A stretch of 64,000 nucleotides of DNA from an uncultured Lactobacillales bacterium (lineage in GTDB: Bacteria; Pseudomonadota; Alphaproteobacteria; CAAHEQ01; UBA3637): positions 8,366 through 72,365 of the forward strand of contig CAYPVK010000007.1 of NCBI GenBank assembly GCA_964414185.1, in the 5' to 3' direction. The notes beneath the pieces are model-generated. The model saw only the letters and a program-made list of their open reading frames with translations, searched no databases and was not told the origin of the DNA. Positions within the stretch are counted from its first letter, which is position 1; every line of letters starts with the position of its first letter. This document shows positions 59,385 through 64,000 of the stretch, in pieces. Made by a program: the position numbers and the translations under genes.

Positions 59385-61272
59385 CCTGGAAGCCTTTATT
59401 GAGAAGGAGTTTTTCAAAGGCGTGGAGCCGGACAGCTATATGTCGGTATCTGAATGGGCGGATAAAAACAGGATGCTATCCAGTAAATCCGCCTCGGAAC
59501 CCGGACGTTGGCGAACGAAACGAACACCATATTTAAAAGAGATTATGGATTGCCTGTCGCCAAAGTCGCCTATACAAAAGGTCGTTTTTATGAAAGGAGC
59601 CCAAATCGGTGGCACGGAATGCGGGAATAATTGGATTGGCTACATTATGCATAAAGCGCCGGGGCCGATTATGGCGGTTTCCCCGACTGTGGAAATGGCC
59701 AAACGTAATTCAAGACAACGGATTGACCCGTTGATTGAGGACTGCCCGGCGTTAAAAGGTTTGGTCAGTTCCCCACGCTCTCGGGATAAAGGCAACACGA
59801 TGTTGTCCAAAGATTTTATGGGTGGTGTTTTGGTGATGACCGGTGCGAACTCGGCGGTAGGCTTGCGTTCCATGCCGGCACGATATCTGTTTATGGACGA
59901 AGTGGACGGCTATCCGCAAGATTTGGATGGTGAAGGCGACCCGATTTTGTTGGCAGAACGAAGAACAGCGACTTTTAACAAGCGCAAAAAGATATTTCTG
60001 GTCTCAACCCCGACGATTAAAGGCCTCTCCAATATCGAGCGGGAGTTTGAGAACTCCGACAAGCGATATTATTTTGTGCCGTGCCCTTATTGCGGCGGGT
60101 ATCAACGGCTTGAATGGGCAAATATCCGTAAAACCGATGACGGAAGTGTGCAATACGAATGTGTTCATTGCCAAAAACTCATCGGTGAGCATTATAAAAC
60201 ACAGATGTTAGAAAATGGCCGTTGGGAAGCGACAAATACCTCGGACGGCGTGACGGCAGGATTTCACTTATCATCCCTGTATTCGCCGGTGGGGTGGCTG
60301 TCTTGGGCAGAATGTGTGGACATCTACGAAAAAGCCAAAAAGAACCCGACCTTGATGCAAGGTTTTCAAAATACCATTTTGGGCGAAACTTACGAACAAG
60401 AAAGTGAGGCTCCGGAATGGCAACGGCTTTATGAAACACGGGAAAACTACGCAATTGGCACAATTCCGATGGACGGATTGTTTCTGACTGCCGGCGTGGA
60501 TATCCAAAAAGACCGTATTGAGTGCGAAGTGGTCGCTTGGGGACGGCAGAAACAGAGCTGGTCGGTGGAATACTTTGTTTTGGATGGCGATACGGCAAAA
60601 CCGGAAGTTTGGCGGGAATTGGAAAAAGTCCTTTATAAAGACTATCCGCACGAAAGTGGTATCACGATGCCTATTCGTGTCATGTGTGTTGATTCCGGCT
60701 ATGCAACACAAGACGTTTACAGCTTTGTGCGGCAGTTTAACCAAGCAGTTTGGGGCGGTGCCGGCGCAAGGGCTAATGCTTCCCGAACGGTGGTGGCGAT
60801 TAAAGGTCAAAGCCGAGATACGGCGATGATACTGTCCACTTCCAAGGCCGACACTAAGAAAAAAGGCCTAAAAGTGTGGAATGTGTCCGGTCCTGTCATT
60901 AAAACCGAACTGTATCGGTGGCTTAAAATGGAGCGGATTGGAGATAATGCGACAGATTTTGGCAGATGTCACTTTCCGCAGTATGGCGAGGAATACTTTA
61001 AGCAACTGACGGCTGAGCGGCAGGTCGTGAAAATCAGCAACGGCTATCCGAAACAGGTATGGGAAAAAGACCCGACACGGCGAAATGAAGCTTTAGACTG
61101 TCGGGTTTACGCCCGTGCCGGTGCGGCGATTTACGGGCTTGACCGTTTGTCTGAAAAGGCTTGGCAGGAGTTGGAATCGGTTATTCCTCAGGATATTCAA
61201 GAAAAGCCTATCAAAAAGAAACCTGTATTTGTTCCATTAAAACCTACGAAAGTGAGTGACCCATGGCTATAG
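59332..61272 (+). CDS. Terminase large subunit, lambda GpA family
   Basis: KGAQIGGTE, LFMDEVD, VSTPT, VPCP.CG, GVDIQKDRIE, VDSGY, RNEALDC.VYA. Confidence 0.95.
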   Translation: MSGNYSVKAVNSSTGNFNLEAFIEKEFFKGVEPDSYMSVSEWADKNRMLSSKSASEPGRWRTKRTPYLKEIMDCLSPKSPIQKVVFMKGAQIGGTECGNNWIGYIMHKAPGPIMAVSPTVEMAKRNSRQRIDPLIEDCPALKGLVSSPRSRDKGNTMLSKDFMGGVLVMTGANSAVGLRSMPARYLFMDEVDGYPQDLDGEGDPILLAERRTATFNKRKKIFLVSTPTIKGLSNIEREFENSDKRYYFVPCPYCGGYQRLEWANIRKTDDGSVQYECVHCQKLIGEHYKTQMLENGRWEATNTSDGVTAGFHLSSLYSPVGWLSWAECVDIYEKAKKNPTLMQGFQNTILGETYEQESEAPEWQRLYETRENYAIGTIPMDGLFLTAGVDIQKDRIECEVVAWGRQKQSWSVEYFVLDGDTAKPEVWRELEKVLYKDYPHESGITMPIRVMCVDSGYATQDVYSFVRQFNQAVWGGAGARANASRTVVAIKGQSRDTAMILSTSKADTKKKGLKVWNVSGPVIKTELYRWLKMERIGDNATDFGRCHFPQYGEEYFKQLTAERQVVKISNGYPKQVWEKDPTRRNEALDCRVYARAGAAIYGLDRLSEKAWQELESVIPQDIQEKPIKKKPVFVPLKPTKVSDPWL

Positions 61273-61499
61273 ATATTGAAACATTGCGAACACGACTGGC
61301 GGAAGCAGAAGTTGCCTATCATAAACTGCTTATCGGCGAAAAGGAAGTATCGGTAAGTGTCGGGAACTTCGGCTCCACTACCTACAACCAAACCAGTCGG
61401 TCGGCGTTGGAGGCTTACATTTCAAGCCTTAAATCGCAAATTGCGGCGGCTGAGAGAACAACTGTTTTGAAACGTAAAATCATAAAAGTGAGTTTTTAA
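61263..61499 (+). CDS. Head-tail joining protein gpW family
   Basis: L.EAE.AYH.L..G...VSV...Y.......L.AYI..L; between terL and portal. Confidence 0.8.
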   Translation: MAIDIETLRTRLAEAEVAYHKLLIGEKEVSVSVGNFGSTTYNQTSRSALEAYISSLKSQIAAAERTTVLKRKIIKVSF

Positions 61500-62977
61500 T
61501 GACAGATACAGCACATACATCAGCATCAAGGACTTTGAGGGAGATTGCCTCGTGGCAGCCGGTCAAAGGGTCTGCGGACAATGACCTGTTGCCGGAACTG
61601 TCTACAATTGTGGCACGTTCTCGGGATTTGGTCCGCAATCACGGTGTCGCCGGCGGGGCTATTCAAACCCTGTCGGACAACATTGTTGGGCTTGGGTTTC
61701 GTTTGTCGGCCAAACCGGATTACAAAGCCTTGGGCAAAAGCAAAGAATGGGAAGAAGAATGGCAAATCAAGGTGGAAAGCCTTTGGCGGTCTTGGTCGGA
61801 AACATTTGACTGCGATGCCGCCCGTAAACTGACCTTTAACGGTTTGACGACTTTGGTTTTTAAATCGTGCCTGATTAACGGCGAAGCACTGGCTTTGCCG
61901 CTATGGTTGAAAGACCACAAGTATTCAACGGCGATTCAATTGGTGGAACCGGACCGTCTCTCTAATCCTAACGATGGATTTGATACCGACAAACTTCGGG
62001 GCGGGATAGAGATTGATTCTTATGGCGGTGCGGTGGCGTATCACATCAGAAAGACGCACCCCGGAGACTATTGGACGGGCAAAAACACATCAGAGTGGGA
62101 ACGCATTCCGGCTTTTACGCCTTTTGGCCGAAGGCGTGTCATTCATGTGTTTGATGCGACCCGTATCGGACAGACACGAGGCAAGCCCGTCCTCTCGTCC
62201 ATAATGCCGATGTTTAAGATGCTCGATCATTACGAGCGGTCGGAACTGCAAGCGGCGATTGTGAACGCCATGATAGCAGCCTTCATTGAAACCCCGATGG
62301 ATGGCGAGAACCTCAACGAGTTGTTCGGTGGCAGCTCGGACGATTACCTGAACGCCAAAAAGGATTGGAAGGTCAAACTGGAGGGCGGATCGATTATTCC
62401 GATCTTCCCCGGGGATAAAATCGCACCGTTTACGCCCAGCCGGCCTAACTCGGCATACGGCAGTTTTATTGAAAATCTGCTCCGACATATAGGAACCGGA
62501 CTCAATATCCCGTATGAATTACTGTTAAAGGACTTTTCAAAAACAAACTACTCCTCAGCACGTTCAGCTCTCTTGGAAGCTTGGCGGTATTTTAACGGAC
62601 GGCGACAATGGCTGTCCGATTGCTGGGCGACACCGGTTTATGAGTTATGGCTTGAAGAAGTTGTCAATAAAGGCTTGATTGAGGCTCCCGACTTCTATGA
62701 GAACCGCTATGCCTATACAAGGTGTAAGTGGATTGGCCCCGGTCGTGGTTGGGTGGATCCTGTTAAAGAAGCTCAAGCCTGCCAAATTCGAATGGACATC
62801 GGTTTATCCACTTTGGAAGCCGAATGTGCCGGCCAAGGATTGGATTGGGAGGAAGTTTTAGAACAAAGAGCTCGAGAGAAAGCAAAACTTGCCGAATTAG
62901 GTTTAACTACAGGAGATTTAACTCCAAAGGAGGAAGAAACATCACAAAATAGCGATGAAATACAGCCAATAGAATAA
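61499..62977 (+). CDS. Portal protein, lambda family
   Basis: RSRDLVRN, GQTRG.P, NYSSARSALLE, WIGPGRGWVDPVKE. Confidence 0.95.
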   Translation: MTDTAHTSASRTLREIASWQPVKGSADNDLLPELSTIVARSRDLVRNHGVAGGAIQTLSDNIVGLGFRLSAKPDYKALGKSKEWEEEWQIKVESLWRSWSETFDCDAARKLTFNGLTTLVFKSCLINGEALALPLWLKDHKYSTAIQLVEPDRLSNPNDGFDTDKLRGGIEIDSYGGAVAYHIRKTHPGDYWTGKNTSEWERIPAFTPFGRRRVIHVFDATRIGQTRGKPVLSSIMPMFKMLDHYERSELQAAIVNAMIAAFIETPMDGENLNELFGGSSDDYLNAKKDWKVKLEGGSIIPIFPGDKIAPFTPSRPNSAYGSFIENLLRHIGTGLNIPYELLLKDFSKTNYSSARSALLEAWRYFNGRRQWLSDCWATPVYELWLEEVVNKGLIEAPDFYENRYAYTRCKWIGPGRGWVDPVKEAQACQIRMDIGLSTLEAECAGQGLDWEEVLEQRAREKAKLAELGLTTGDLTPKEEETSQNSDEIQPIE

Positions 62978-63031
62978 ATTTTTTATCTATCTGGTAATTT
63001 TTAGTGACTTATTTGGGAATATCTGGGAATT

Positions 63032-64000
63032 CTACAAAGGTTCAACATCCGAAGATAATAGGTCTGTATATTTTTGATAAGTATATATTTGTCCCCATTT
63101 TTTTTCGGAATTATTTACCAAAATCCCTAAGTCAATTAAATGATTTAAGGATTTTATGACGGTTGGTTTTGTACTTCCTATCATATTGATAATTTCTGAA
63201 ACGGTAAGCATAGGTTTTTTTTGAAATGCTGAAAACACTTTCAAAGCAGATTCCGAGGCTCGACCGAGAGTTTTTATCTGCTCAACATCTGCTGAAAATA
63301 TATTTTGAATATTTATAAGTGTTTTTTTAGCATCATTTGCCGTTTCAATAACACCTTCTAAAAAGAATTTAATCCAATTTTCCCAATCACCGTCTTTACG
63401 AACACCATTGAGAGCATCATAATACAGGTTTCTATTCTTTTTGAAGAATAAACTCAGGTATAAGAAAGGAGAATCCAGCACACCTTTTACGCATAAGAAA
63501 AATGTAATTAAAAGACGACCAAGTCTTCCATTTCCATCAAGAAATGGGTGAATTGTTTCGAACTGTACATGGATAAGAGCAGCTTTGATTAAATTTGGAA
63601 TATTATCTTCATCATTCATAAAAATTTCCAAATCTCCTAAAACAGACATGAGCTTTTCAGGAGGAACAGGAACAAATCGAGCATTACCTGGTCGTGTTCC
63701 ACCAATCCAATTTTGGGATGAACGAAATTCTCCAGGAAGTTTTGTTTTTCCTCTAGAGTTAGTAAGAAGTATTTTATGAATTTCACGAATAAGACGTAAA
63801 GACAACGGAAAGCCTTCTTTAATGCGTTGCAACCCATGATTTAATGCTGCTACATATGAAGATACTTCTGATGCATCTGCAACAGGAACACCTTGTGTTT
63901 GATCTGATTCATATCTTAAAAGATCATCCAACGTTGATTGCGTCCCCTCAATTTGTGATGATAATACAGCTTCCTTACGGACATACATATAATTCAGAAC
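63032..64000 (-). CDS. Fic-domain protein (class II-like) with C-terminal HTH; 5' end beyond the window
   Basis: SSQIEG inhibitory motif, HPFLDGNGRLGR catalytic loop; frame open to position 64000. Confidence 0.9.
   Translation of the reverse strand, partial: VLNYMYVRKEAVLSSQIEGTQSTLDDLLRYESDQTQGVPVADASEVSSYVAALNHGLQRIKEGFPLSLRLIREIHKILLTNSRGKTKLPGEFRSSQNWIGGTRPGNARFVPVPPEKLMSVLGDLEIFMNDEDNIPNLIKAALIHVQFETIHPFLDGNGRLGRLLITFFLCVKGVLDSPFLYLSLFFKKNRNLYYDALNGVRKDGDWENWIKFFLEGVIETANDAKKTLINIQNIFSADVEQIKTLGRASESALKVFSAFQKKPMLTVSEIINMIGSTKPTVIKSLNHLIDLGILVNNSEKKWGQIYTYQKYTDLLSSDVEPL

Larger units (their letters stand above)
51200..64000 (+). mobile_element. Prophage (large serine recombinase; lambda/phage-WO-like head module), continues past the window; left end approximate
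   Basis: DUF2924-like + recombinase, sigma-like, replication initiator, MTase, terminase GpA, gpW and lambda-family portal in one direction. Confidence 0.9.

Noticed and set aside
1-64000. Many antisense or overlapping ORFs in the track (e.g. 3356-4075, 6758-7336, 17683-18282, 32185-32640, 47498-48187)
   Set aside because: Shadow frames of well-supported genes with no motifs or RBS

Overview
Chromosomal window of a low-to-moderate GC Alphaproteobacterium, inferred from ptsP, an IalB-family gene, yfgM-bamB-der and rpmH-rnpA-yidD-yidC-engB. About 1-50.8 kb is mostly housekeeping (der, xerC, priA, mnmG/E, yidC, pepN, murL-murD2, fabI, rlmN, pheST, rplT/rpmI, ptsP, glk, rplM/rpsI, upp, rnpB, four tRNAs) with scattered accessory items: a frameshifted ADP-ribosylglycohydrolase facing an ADP-ribosyltransferase(ART-PolyVal-like)-HD fusion, a metallothionein-like peptide, an integrase relic at tRNA-Glu, a 220-bp element duplicating the tRNA-Asp 3' end, and a C4-antisense-like structured RNA. 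From about 51.2 kb to the end lies a compact serine-recombinase prophage with lambda/WO-type head genes. It carries its own sigma-like factor with two matching 36-bp boxes, a pR'-like late promoter/pause/terminator, a divergent MetK, a cos-like site, a ParB-DNA methyltransferase, terminase, gpW, portal and an inverted Fic gene. All family calls come from motif recognition by eye; no database searches or folding programs were run. No CRISPR array or rRNA was seen.
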